Source: Candidatus Cloacimonadota bacterium (lineage in GTDB: Bacteria > Cloacimonadota > Cloacimonadia > G963667145). From it: DNA of 64,000 nt. Below are positions 20,721 through 29,326 of this stretch, one piece after another. A program made the position numbers and the translations under genes. The stretch is taken from the NCBI GenBank assembly GCA_963667255.1, contig OY762940.1, positions 1,184,001 through 1,248,000 on the forward strand, read 5' to 3'. Numbering within the stretch: the stretch's first letter is position 1; each line of letters opens with the position of its first letter. Below the pieces are notes generated by a model, which saw only the letters and a list, made by a program, of their open reading frames with translations, was not told the origin of the DNA and searched no databases.

Positions 20721-21224
20721 ATGAAATTAAAGCTAAGAGATTTGACCATTTTGGCTTGTTTGACGGGATTTGCCATTTGCGGATATGCATTTGAATCTTT
20801 GATTCCCAAGCCTTTACCTTTTTTCAGATTGGGCATTGCCAATATACCGGTTCTTTATCTGATTATTAAAAACAAATTTTTGCTTTCTTTTTTTGTGGCA
20901 ATAGGAAAGGTTGTCGGCGGTAATTTGCTTGTAGGAACTTTGTTTTCTGTTCAATTTGTTTTTTCTTTTTCGGGAACTGTTGTTGCTTGCCTATTTATGA
21001 TAAATTCTCGAATTTTCCTGAAAACCCTTGGCATTGTGGGCGTTAGTGTTATTGGGGCATATGTTTCATCTCTCGTGCAATTATATTTGGCATCTATAAT
21101 GCTGTCCGACAATTTATTTTATCTGTTTGCTCCGTTTTCTCTTACTTCCATTTTTTCCGGCATAGTTGTTGGGATAACTGTTTTTTATATTGATGACAAC
21201 TTGGAGATGAAATTGACATGGTAA
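20721..21224 (+). CDS. Gx transporter / heptaprenyl diphosphate synthase component I-like membrane protein
   Basis: E..IP.PLP..RLGIAN motif, GVSVIGA..Q, highly hydrophobic. Confidence 0.75.
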   Translation: MKLKLRDLTILACLTGFAICGYAFESLIPKPLPFFRLGIANIPVLYLIIKNKFLLSFFVAIGKVVGGNLLVGTLFSVQFVFSFSGTVVACLFMINSRIFLKTLGIVGVSVIGAYVSSLVQLYLASIMLSDNLFYLFAPFSLTSIFSGIVVGITVFYIDDNLEMKLTW

Positions 21225-23638
21225 GAAAATATTTAAGAAACTATTTGTTTGTGCTTTTGGGTTTTCTTTCTTTGGGAATTGGGGTTGTTGTCAGTATTTT
21301 TTCCTTTTATAATTCCCAATTGCCACCATTGACAGCCATAAAATCTTTCGATTTTAAAACAGGCTCTGAGGTTTATGATAAGGATGGGAATCTTGTCTAC
21401 ACTTTTGCTTATGAATCGAGAGAATATTTACCCATTAATGAAATCCCCGAGTATGTGAGCAAAACTTTGTGTGCCGTAGAGGACAAGAAGTTTTATGACC
21501 ACTGGGGCGTAGATATTTTGGGAATCATCAGAGCTTTGGTGTTTGGGGTAGTAGGAGGACAAAGAATCTCCGGGACCAGCACCATAACTCAGCAATTGGC
21601 AAAAAATATGTTCCTCTCTTCAGACAGGTCTTTCGGTCGAAAGATTAAAGAGGCTATGTTGGCGATCAAGTTAGAGGGAGCTTTTTCCAAGAGCGAAATT
21701 TTGGAATTTTATTTGAACAAAGTTTATCTTGGAGCGGGACAATTCGGCATTGAAGCTGCATCTCAAAGGTATTTTAAAAAATCTGCCCGTTACCTCAGCA
21801 AGTTGGAAGCAGCTTTTTTAATAGGACTTTTGAAAGCTCCCGAGGGATATTCCCCTTACAAATATCCTTTCGCTTCTATTGAGAGAAGAAACCTTGTTTT
21901 ACGCAGAATGCTGGCTGAGGGCGTTATTTATGAGAGCGAGTATGATGACTTCAGATACAAGTTGTTGCAATTTGCTTCACATAGCAAGAAGAGTAATTCT
22001 ATAGATTACTACATAGATTATGTGAAAAGGGAGTTGCTAAAAAGATATTCGGTTGACCAAATTTTTGGTGGTGGGTTAAAGATTTACACTCCTATGGATT
22101 TTGATTTGCAAAATTATGCCGATACGATTGCGAATGTGGAATTGGCAAAGGTAGAAAATAGGAATAGTTATGAAAAAAAATACAGCGATTATCCGACTGA
22201 CACCACCGATTTCAATACAGATTATTTGCAGGTTGGGATACTCAGTATGGACCCGCGAACCGGTTATGTTCGAGTTTTAACAGGTGGTCGTAATTTTTCT
22301 CATAGCAAATTTAACCGAATTATGCAGGCAAAAAGGCAGCCCGGGTCTTCTTTCAAACCGATAGTTTATTCCGCCGCATTGCGTGCAGGTTATACGCTTG
22401 CAACAGTTATCCAAGACGAACCTGTGGAATTTGTTGAGCACGACACGGTATTTTGGGAGCCTGTGAACTATTCCAGAAAGAATTACAGTTATTTGCGAAT
22501 GAGGGAAGCTCTGAAAGAATCCAAGAATATTTATACCGTCAAAATGTGCTATGATATAACTCCAAAGAAAATTGTTTATATGGGTCGGAATTTTGGATTA
22601 ACGGGAAGGCTTACTTATTCGCAAAGCGTGGCTCTTGGGTCTCATGAATTGACCCCCAGCGAACTCATTAGTGCCTATTCTACTTTCGCCAACAAAGGGA
22701 AACGAGTTGAACCGATTTTTATTACTAAAGTGGAAGATTCGCAAGGGAAAATTTTGTTTGAAACTGAGACTAAAGAAATTGAAGTTTTAACCGAACAAGA
22801 AGCTTTTTTGATGAACAGCATGCTTCAATCTGTGATAAAAGACGGGACTGGCACAAGGGCTCTTTGGATGGGATATCGCTGGACTGCCGGAGGTAAGACC
22901 GGAACAAGCAGTGATTTCCGAGATGCTTGGTTTGTCGGGTTTAACAAATTTTTGGTTACAGGAGTTTGGGTAGGATTTGACGATTTTAGTTCTATCGGCG
23001 AAGGGCAGGCAGGCTCTAATGTAGCTTTGCCTATTTGGACTAAAATTATGATAAAAGCCGTTCATGACAACAAAGAGTTCCGAAATGAGAGAAACGAAAT
23101 TGATAGCAAAAAAATGGAATTTGAGAAGCCGGAAGGCATTGTAACCAAGAAAATATCCAGAGTTACCGGTCTTTTGCCACGAAGTGCAGGGGAGTCCGTG
23201 ATGCTTGAATACTTCATTGACGGAACTCAACCTACGATTTCTTATCCGTATCGCTACAATTTTGCTCCTACTTGTTACAAAAATAATGAAAAAAATAAAT
23301 TGATTATCGATTTTGGTGGTGACCCGTTCGATTGGGAAGCAGCTAAAAATAAAGGGTTTGTTAAAGTTTACCCCGATAGTCTGAAACCTGATTTCTTTGT
23401 TTTGGAAAAATTCAAATTGCCCAAGGCTCCAAGTTATAGCGATGCCGCTGTTATCAGAGACAGAAAATATGTAGAAGATGAAAGACAAGCTGAAGTCGTC
23501 AGACAAGTAAATAAAGAAGACCAACTGATGGATAATCTGTTGGATAGCCTGTTGGTAAAGAGTTACAGAGAAAAGACTGTAGATACACTCGATTCACTCA
23601 CGGAAGAAGATTCGTCTTATTATGATGGACCTTTTTAG
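21218..23638 (+). CDS. mrcA: Class A bifunctional penicillin-binding protein (PBP1A family)
   Basis: Transglycosylase motifs EDKKF.DH.G, GTSTITQQ, RKIKE, YLN; transpeptidase motifs QPGSSFK, SKN, KTGT. Confidence 0.9.
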   Translation: MVRKYLRNYLFVLLGFLSLGIGVVVSIFSFYNSQLPPLTAIKSFDFKTGSEVYDKDGNLVYTFAYESREYLPINEIPEYVSKTLCAVEDKKFYDHWGVDILGIIRALVFGVVGGQRISGTSTITQQLAKNMFLSSDRSFGRKIKEAMLAIKLEGAFSKSEILEFYLNKVYLGAGQFGIEAASQRYFKKSARYLSKLEAAFLIGLLKAPEGYSPYKYPFASIERRNLVLRRMLAEGVIYESEYDDFRYKLLQFASHSKKSNSIDYYIDYVKRELLKRYSVDQIFGGGLKIYTPMDFDLQNYADTIANVELAKVENRNSYEKKYSDYPTDTTDFNTDYLQVGILSMDPRTGYVRVLTGGRNFSHSKFNRIMQAKRQPGSSFKPIVYSAALRAGYTLATVIQDEPVEFVEHDTVFWEPVNYSRKNYSYLRMREALKESKNIYTVKMCYDITPKKIVYMGRNFGLTGRLTYSQSVALGSHELTPSELISAYSTFANKGKRVEPIFITKVEDSQGKILFETETKEIEVLTEQEAFLMNSMLQSVIKDGTGTRALWMGYRWTAGGKTGTSSDFRDAWFVGFNKFLVTGVWVGFDDFSSIGEGQAGSNVALPIWTKIMIKAVHDNKEFRNERNEIDSKKMEFEKPEGIVTKKISRVTGLLPRSAGESVMLEYFIDGTQPTISYPYRYNFAPTCYKNNEKNKLIIDFGGDPFDWEAAKNKGFVKVYPDSLKPDFFVLEKFKLPKAPSYSDAAVIRDRKYVEDERQAEVVRQVNKEDQLMDNLLDSLLVKSYREKTVDTLDSLTEEDSSYYDGPF

Positions 23639-23676
23639 TCGTTATTTTAGATTATAATTTGGAAATTGGAGGAAAA

Positions 23677-24999
23677 ATGGAAAAAATCTTCGTTTTGGAT
23701 ACAAATGTGATTATTCATAATCCCAACTCAATCTTTGCGTTTAAAGATTCCACGGTCGTTATTCCTATCACAGTCTTGGAAGAAATAGACAAATTCAAAA
23801 ACGGTTTGGATGAAAAAAGTCGTAACGCCAGAGAGTTCGGACGAATAATGGATAGGCTCAGAGAAAAATCTGGCTCCGATTTTAGAAAGGGTGTTCCCAT
23901 CAAATCAGGCGGGAAACTTTTTGTCGGATTATCCAGTTTGATTTCTCAAAAGTTGCACGATTTGTTATTGGAGAAAAAAAATGATAATCTTATTATCAGC
24001 ACGGCATTGCATTTCAAAGAGAAAAATCCCGATAAGCGAGTTATTTTGGTTTCCAAGGATGTTAATGTGCGGATTAAAGCTGATGCTTTGGGCTTGGAGG
24101 CACAAAATTTCAAAAATGATCAGGTGAAGTTTGATGAGATTTATACAGGTGTTAGAGAAATTGATTTGAGCGAGAAAGAGCATAAAGATTATAGCAAAAA
24201 CAACTATTTTGAACCACCAAAAAAAGCAAATGTTAAACCCAATGAATTTGCTGTTTTCAAGACCGAAGGTCGCAAGTCTTTGGCACGATACAGTGCCGAA
24301 AACAAGCTTTTTTATCCTCTAAATTTTTATAAGGGCAGTGAATCTATATTTGGTATAGTTCCTCGCAATACAGAGCAAAGGATGGCGATGGATTTATTGC
24401 TTGATCCCGAGATAAAATTGGTAACTCTTTTGGGAACAGCTGGAACTGGTAAAACTTTTTTGGCATTAGCAGCGGGTATGGAGCAAGTTGTGCAAAAAGG
24501 CTTCTACAAAAAAATGGTCGTGTCCAGACCGATTTTCCCTATGGGTAAAGATATTGGGTATTTGCCTGGTTCCAAAAAGGATAAGTTCAATCCTTGGATG
24601 CAACCTATTTATGACAATATGGAAAAAATTATAGAGGATACGGAAGAGTCCAACAAGAAGCAAAAGAGAATTGATGATTATATCGATTTTGGATTGTTGG
24701 AATTGGAGCCTCTCACATACATCAGAGGTCGAAGCCTTACCAATCAATATTTGGTGGTGGATGAAGCACAAAACTTGACCGCTCATGAGATAAAGACGAT
24801 TATTACCAGAGCGGGGGAAAAGACGAAGATTGTCTTCACGGGCGACCCTTATCAGATTGATGTTCCTTATCTCGATTCCGAGTCCAACGGATTGTCTGTT
24901 GCAGTGGAGAAACTGAAAGAAGAAAGTGCTGTCGGGCATGTAACTTTGGTGAAAGGCGAACGGTCGGAGCTTGCCAATATAGCAGCGAGAGATTTTTAG
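23677..24999 (+). CDS. PIN-PhoH (PhoH2/YlaK-like) protein
   Basis: N-terminal PIN (VLDTNV, ND..I, SKDVN.R); PhoH ATPase GTAGTGKT, GYLPG, YIRGRS, DEAQN, GDP.QID. Confidence 0.9.
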   Translation: MEKIFVLDTNVIIHNPNSIFAFKDSTVVIPITVLEEIDKFKNGLDEKSRNAREFGRIMDRLREKSGSDFRKGVPIKSGGKLFVGLSSLISQKLHDLLLEKKNDNLIISTALHFKEKNPDKRVILVSKDVNVRIKADALGLEAQNFKNDQVKFDEIYTGVREIDLSEKEHKDYSKNNYFEPPKKANVKPNEFAVFKTEGRKSLARYSAENKLFYPLNFYKGSESIFGIVPRNTEQRMAMDLLLDPEIKLVTLLGTAGTGKTFLALAAGMEQVVQKGFYKKMVVSRPIFPMGKDIGYLPGSKKDKFNPWMQPIYDNMEKIIEDTEESNKKQKRIDDYIDFGLLELEPLTYIRGRSLTNQYLVVDEAQNLTAHEIKTIITRAGEKTKIVFTGDPYQIDVPYLDSESNGLSVAVEKLKEESAVGHVTLVKGERSELANIAARDF

Positions 25000-25005
25000 A
25001 AAAAT

Positions 25006-26043
25006 ATGGATATTCCTCAATGTCGCAGTTGGGTAGAGGTAAATTTAACCAATTATCGCCAAAATATAGAGAAGCTAAAAAAGTTCATCCCGAAAGGGAC
25101 TTCTATTTTGCAGATTGTGAAGGCTAACGCTTACGGTCACGGCTCTGTTACTATAGCCAAAGAGGCTTTGAAAGTCGGAGCTTCGCTTTTCGGAGTGGCA
25201 AATTGTTGGGAAGGTGTGGAGCTTCGCAAAGGCGGAATCTTTGACACTCCTATTTTGGTTTTGTCTCCTTGTTTTGATTTTGAGATTCCTATTCTTAAAA
25301 AATTCAATCTTACGCCTTCTGTTTCTACTCTGGAATTTGCTCGGGAATTTTCTGGCAAAGTGCATATAAATTTGGAGACGGGGATGGGTAGAAGTGGATT
25401 TGATGGGAGTTTGGCAGAATTGGAAGAAATCTGTGCTCTCCCCAATATTGAGGTTGAGGGAATTTATTCTCATTTGGCAGCATCTGAAGACGATTTTGAT
25501 TATACCGAGAACCAGTTAAAAAAATTTGAGGATATTTTGTCCAAATTGTCGTTTAAGCCCAAATACATTCATATTGCCAATAGTGGTGGCATTTTTTCTA
25601 TCAAGTCGCCCATTACCAATATGGTGCGGATTGGTTTGATGAGTTTCGGCGGACAAATTGGCTTTTTTGACAAGATTGATTTAGTTCCAGCTCTGTCTTT
25701 TAAAAGTAGAATTGCTATGATAAAAACCGCTAAAATTGGTCAGACAATTGGCTACAATAGAACATATAAAGCTATGACAGACATTACTTATGCCATTATT
25801 CCGGTTGGTTATGCCGACGGGTATAATTACCTTTTGAAAAATAAAGGCAATGTTCTTGTTAATGATAAGTTATGCCCTGTAATAGGCAAAATATCTATGG
25901 ATATGATTACGGTAGATGTAACAGATTTGAAAGTTTGTGTGGGAGATGAAGTCGTTTTGCTCGGCTGGCAACACCTCAAATTGTATCCCCAAAATGTAGC
26001 AGGTCTGTATGACGGCTCTGGTTACGAAATCCGTGTGCTGTAG
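25006..26043 (+). CDS. alr: Alanine racemase (last ~14 residues apparently frameshifted)
   Basis: VKANAYGHG (PLP Lys), TGMGR.G, SHLA, IANSG, GYADG, ISMD; a conserved-looking tail continues in another frame to 26075. Confidence 0.92.
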   Translation: MDIPQCRSWVEVNLTNYRQNIEKLKKFIPKGTSILQIVKANAYGHGSVTIAKEALKVGASLFGVANCWEGVELRKGGIFDTPILVLSPCFDFEIPILKKFNLTPSVSTLEFAREFSGKVHINLETGMGRSGFDGSLAELEEICALPNIEVEGIYSHLAASEDDFDYTENQLKKFEDILSKLSFKPKYIHIANSGGIFSIKSPITNMVRIGLMSFGGQIGFFDKIDLVPALSFKSRIAMIKTAKIGQTIGYNRTYKAMTDITYAIIPVGYADGYNYLLKNKGNVLVNDKLCPVIGKISMDMITVDVTDLKVCVGDEVVLLGWQHLKLYPQNVAGLYDGSGYEIRVL

Positions 26044-26106
26044 GTAGAAGAGCCCAGTGGGTGTATGTTGAGTAGTGAATATGTTAAATTTGTAGGTAAT
26101 TGCTTT

Positions 26107-26133
26107 AAAAAGAGCCTCGAAAGAGGCTCTTTT
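26107..26133. terminator. Intrinsic terminator downstream of alr (bidirectional)
   Basis: AAAAAGAGCCTC-GAAA-GAGGCTCTTTT perfect hairpin. Confidence 0.88.
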
Positions 26134-26178
26134 CTGTTGTAAACTAGCTAAAAAAACAAAATTTAGGGGAGCGTGCAT

Positions 26179-27325
26179 TTAATTGGGTCTAATTTCCACT
26201 CCTTTTGAATAATTATTGAACCAAATTTTCAAAAAATGATTCATATTTTTTTCAGATTTAAATCCGTCTAAATTTTTTAATTTCCTATTCAATTGTCGAT
26301 TAATATTTTCAATTTTATTTGTTGTTTTATCCAAAAAATCGTAATGAAAATGAGCAGTTAATAAACCAAAGTTTCGATTAATTGATTTAATAAAACGCTT
26401 ATGAATTTTTAGGCGAAAAAATTTTTCATAGTGATTAAGCGAACTTAAATTATTTTCAGCTTCTTGTAAAGTTTCAGCATTTAAAATGCTCTTAATCAAG
26501 TTCTTAAAGAAAATATTTCGTCTAAAAAACTTACTCTTTTTTGTTTTAGGAACATTGATATTAACGCTTCTTAAATAATGAACCAAGCAAATTTGATGTG
26601 GAACATCTTCAAAAAGTTGGTTAACTGGCTTAACAAAGCACATTGATATTAACGCTTCTTAAATAATGAACCAAGCAAATTTGATGTGGAACATCTTCAA
26701 AAAGTTGGTTAACTGGCTTAACAAAGCACTTCCCTCGCCCAAAATCTGACACAATCCCAATTATTTTGTTGTCATACATTTTTTTTAGTCTATTCAAAAA
26801 GTCTTCAGATGAACTACTATGTTCTCTATCATAAATCTTGTAATATATTGGTTTATCAAGTAGTTTGCTACTGGCGACTAAGACAACTTTTCGCTTACCG
26901 TTTATCTTAATTTCCTTGCCATCAATATAAATTGTTGTCTCATCTATATTGCTGTGTAACACATTATCCTGATATAAATTAGCTCGCTGAGGTATCCAAT
27001 TAAGAATACTATTTTTACAAATCCCATGTCTTTTAGCAACTTCAGAAAGAGAACTTTTGGTTGAAATATAGTCAGTAACAACCTTATCTTTGAATTTTGG
27101 TGCAAAATGAGTTCTCTTATTATATCCAAAATTGGTAAAACTTATTTGGCAATCTTTACAATAAAATCGTTGAGTTTTGACTTTAATTTTCCCACGATTA
27201 GTTGTTCTTTCAGAGAAAATATATCCCTTCTTTTTTGTGTTTAAGCTATCACAATTTGGACAGTGTTTTTTTTGATTATACTCATGGCATTTTAATAAAT
27301 GTTCATAACTTATTCTGTCAAACAT
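26179..27325 (-). pseudogene. DDE transposase (Zn-ribbon + HTH + Mutator-like DDE) split by 88-bp tandem duplication
   Basis: CPNC..CKDC, HTH, IDG, SDFG, QICLVH (CxxH), TTNKIENINR; ORFs 26630-27325 and 26179-26643 share a duplicated peptide; removing 88 bp gives one 352-aa ORF. Confidence 0.88.
26553..26728. repeat. Exact 88-bp tandem duplication
   Basis: CATTGATATTAACG...TAACAAAGCA at 26553-26640 and 26641-26728. Confidence 0.95.
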
Positions 27326-27373
27326 AATTAGGTCTTATTTCAGACCCAGTTATTTGCACACTCCCAAATTTAG

Positions 27374-27402
27374 TTGACGAGTTGTCTTGCAGGACAACAA
27401 TT
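27374..27402 (+). promoter_or_regulatory. Putative TA operon promoter with palindromic operator
   Basis: TTGACG at 27374-27379 followed by near-perfect 18-bp palindrome GTTGTCTTGCAGGACAAC (27381-27398). Confidence 0.6.
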
Positions 27403-27407
27403 TGAGT

Positions 27408-27753
27408 GTGAAAAAGATTAAATATTATGTTGATAGTAATGGCAAATGTCAAGTTTCAGAGTTTATAGAGAAATTGGAGACAAAAGTTAAAACAAAAATT
27501 CTTTGGACATTGAAGATTATCAGTGAAGAGAATAGAGTACCTGACAAATATTTTAAGAAATTGCAAAATACTGACGATATTTAGGAAGTAAGAGTTGGCT
27601 ATAATGGCAATGCTTTCAGGTTTTTAGGGTTTTTTTGATAATGGAGAATTGATTAGTCTAAATCATGCTTTTACGAAAAAGAGTCAAAAAACACCTGCAA
27701 TAGAGATAAAGATTGCCGAGAAGAGAAAGGAGGAATATTATGAGTGCTACTGA
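27408..27753 (+). pseudogene. RelE/HigB (Gp49-like) toxin pseudogene
   Basis: VKKIKYY...KYFKKL.NTDDI*EVRV...FRFLGFF then +1 shift in T7 run to ...LNHAFTKKSQKTP..EI; TAG at 27582 (Trp position) and frameshift at 27630-27636. Confidence 0.85.
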
Positions 27754-28033
27754 TAGATGCATAGATTTTGATGAGCATTTAGAGCAAATGAAAAAAGATG
27801 ATCCGGTATTCAAAAAGGAGTTTGAAGAGGGTTATGAGGCTTTTAAAATTGGTGCTTTGCTCAAGGGAAGTAGACAAAAAGCTAATCTCACTCAAGAGCA
27901 AGTAGCCAAAAGGGTTAATACAACTAAAAATTTCATTTCACGCTTGGAAAATCATGCTAAGGATGTTAAATTTTCCACCTTGTGCAAATATGCAGAGGCT
28001 CTTGGAAAGAAAATCGAGATAAGAATTGTTTAA
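27740..28033 (+). CDS. XRE-family HTH antitoxin (HigA-like)
   Basis: R.KANLTQEQVAKRVNTTKNFISRLEN HTH, STL.KYAEALG; AGGAGG RBS; overlaps toxin 3' end. Confidence 0.88.
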   Translation: MSATDRCIDFDEHLEQMKKDDPVFKKEFEEGYEAFKIGALLKGSRQKANLTQEQVAKRVNTTKNFISRLENHAKDVKFSTLCKYAEALGKKIEIRIV

Positions 28034-28370
28034 TTATTGAAGGTTGAAAATCCCGCAAATACAGGAAAATAACACATATCCCTCAAAATATTGATCGAAA
28101 ATTTATAAATTATACCGTTGTAATGAGCAAATGCTTGTCACAGCGGTTTTTTTATTGTTCTGGCTGTCAAAATCAATGTGCAGAATACGAAGTTGACACA
28201 AAAACAAAAAAATAGAAGTGGGAAAACGCTAAAACAGGAATTCAGGAGTGTTTAGACTAAGGTCAAGTAAAAATCGGCTCTAAATGAAGCTATTGTAGCA
28301 TTCCGCAAAAAACCCTTGACCAAGAGTATCTCAAAATTATGTTAAGCGAGAGTTTGCTTATTTGGGTTCA

Positions 28371-28398
28371 ATCTCTGATAATATATATTATGTAAACT
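28371..28398 (+). other. dif-like XerC/XerD recombination site
   Basis: ATCTCTGATAA-TATATA-TTATGTAAACT; spacer and XerD arm identical to the Bacillus subtilis dif as I recall it; intergenic. Confidence 0.8.
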
Positions 28399-28468
28399 TG
28401 GAGATATGACAAGCATCCTCTTTCATTTGAATGAGTTACGGATATTTTAAAATAAAAGGTTAAAACTT

Positions 28469-29326
28469 ATGAAAAGCATGACAGGTTTTGCGTCGGGAGA
28501 GTTTCAAATAGGCGAATTTAGAGGGCCTATTTCTATCAAGAGTGTCAATTCCCGCAATTTGGATATTATTGTAAAATTGCCGGCATTTATGGTCTCGTTG
28601 GAATCAAATCTCGTTCAGCTTGTAAAATCACGGATAAATCGAGGTCGATTTGTTGCTACGATTGATATTGATGTATCTAACTCCATTTCTTTAAAGCTAA
28701 ATACAGCCCTTTTTAGTCAATATTTGGACATTTATGAAAAGGCAAAAAAGATGTCGGGTCTTCCCTATAGTTTGGATTCTATTTTGCACAATAGCGAACT
28801 TGTTGGTACTCGGTTCGATATGGATAATGTTGAGCCTATTTTTTTGCAAGAGTTCGAGAAAATATTGGATGAGTTCATCGCTTCAGTGTCTGCTGAGGGC
28901 GATAGTATGCGTAGTTTTTTTGTTGAGTCAATGCAAAAAATAGAGATATCCCTTGAAATTGTTGAAGGTCTCTTCCCTATTTATAGAGAAAAAAGATTTT
29001 TGCGATTGAAAGAGAATTTGCAAAACACATTGGAGCGTAATTTGGAACCGGACGAATTGTCGAAATCGTTATCCGAGGTAGCTTTTCTGATGGAACGGTC
29101 GGATGTTACGGAAGAAATTGAGAGATTGAAGCATCATATTAAGACTTTTAGCGAAAATCTGGAGGTTGAAAATTGCGGTAAAACCTTAAATTTCGTAGTG
29201 CAGGAGATGCAAAGAGAAGCAAATACTATGGGTTCTAAGTTTGCTTCCGAAGATGCTTTCCCCCATATTTTATTAATAAAAGAAGAGATAGAAAAGTGCA
29301 GAGAGATGGTTGCCAATGTTGAATGA
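28469..29326 (+). CDS. yicC: YicC/YloC family endoribonuclease
   Basis: MKSMTGF, SVNSR.LD, RG, DVTEEI.RL..H, G..LNF..QEM.REANT.GSK, IEK.RE.V.NVE. Confidence 0.93.
   Translation: MKSMTGFASGEFQIGEFRGPISIKSVNSRNLDIIVKLPAFMVSLESNLVQLVKSRINRGRFVATIDIDVSNSISLKLNTALFSQYLDIYEKAKKMSGLPYSLDSILHNSELVGTRFDMDNVEPIFLQEFEKILDEFIASVSAEGDSMRSFFVESMQKIEISLEIVEGLFPIYREKRFLRLKENLQNTLERNLEPDELSKSLSEVAFLMERSDVTEEIERLKHHIKTFSENLEVENCGKTLNFVVQEMQREANTMGSKFASEDAFPHILLIKEEIEKCREMVANVE

Larger units (their letters stand above)
26167..27365 (-). mobile_element. IS256/Mutator-like insertion sequence
   Basis: Terminal inverted repeats GGGAGCGTGCATTTAATTGGGTCT (26167-26190) vs GGGAGTGTGCAAATAACTGGGTCT (reverse complement of 27342-27365), 20/24 match; 8-bp target duplication AAATTTAG at 26159-26166 and 27366-27373. 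Confidence 0.9.

Noticed and set aside
22787..23524. 245-aa - strand ORF
   Set aside because: Antisense shadow of PBP1A; the same applies to the many other short opposite-strand ORFs in the track
26062..26089. ATATGTTAAAT as a second dif site forming a pdif-like module around IS+TA
   Set aside because: Only the XerD-like arm matches; no plausible XerC arm, and it overlaps the alr tail
26553..26728. Direct repeat as possible CRISPR array
   Set aside because: Only two abutting 88-bp copies, no spacers, inside a transposase, no cas genes
27582..27584. In-frame TAG in toxin as possible recoding (pyrrolysine/readthrough)
   Set aside because: A second lesion (frameshift) follows, and TAG is used as a normal stop elsewhere in the window
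28034..28468. Possible tRNA/ncRNA in long intergenic gap
   Set aside because: No cloverleaf, riboswitch or other recognisable RNA motif seen by eye; an Rfam scan would be needed
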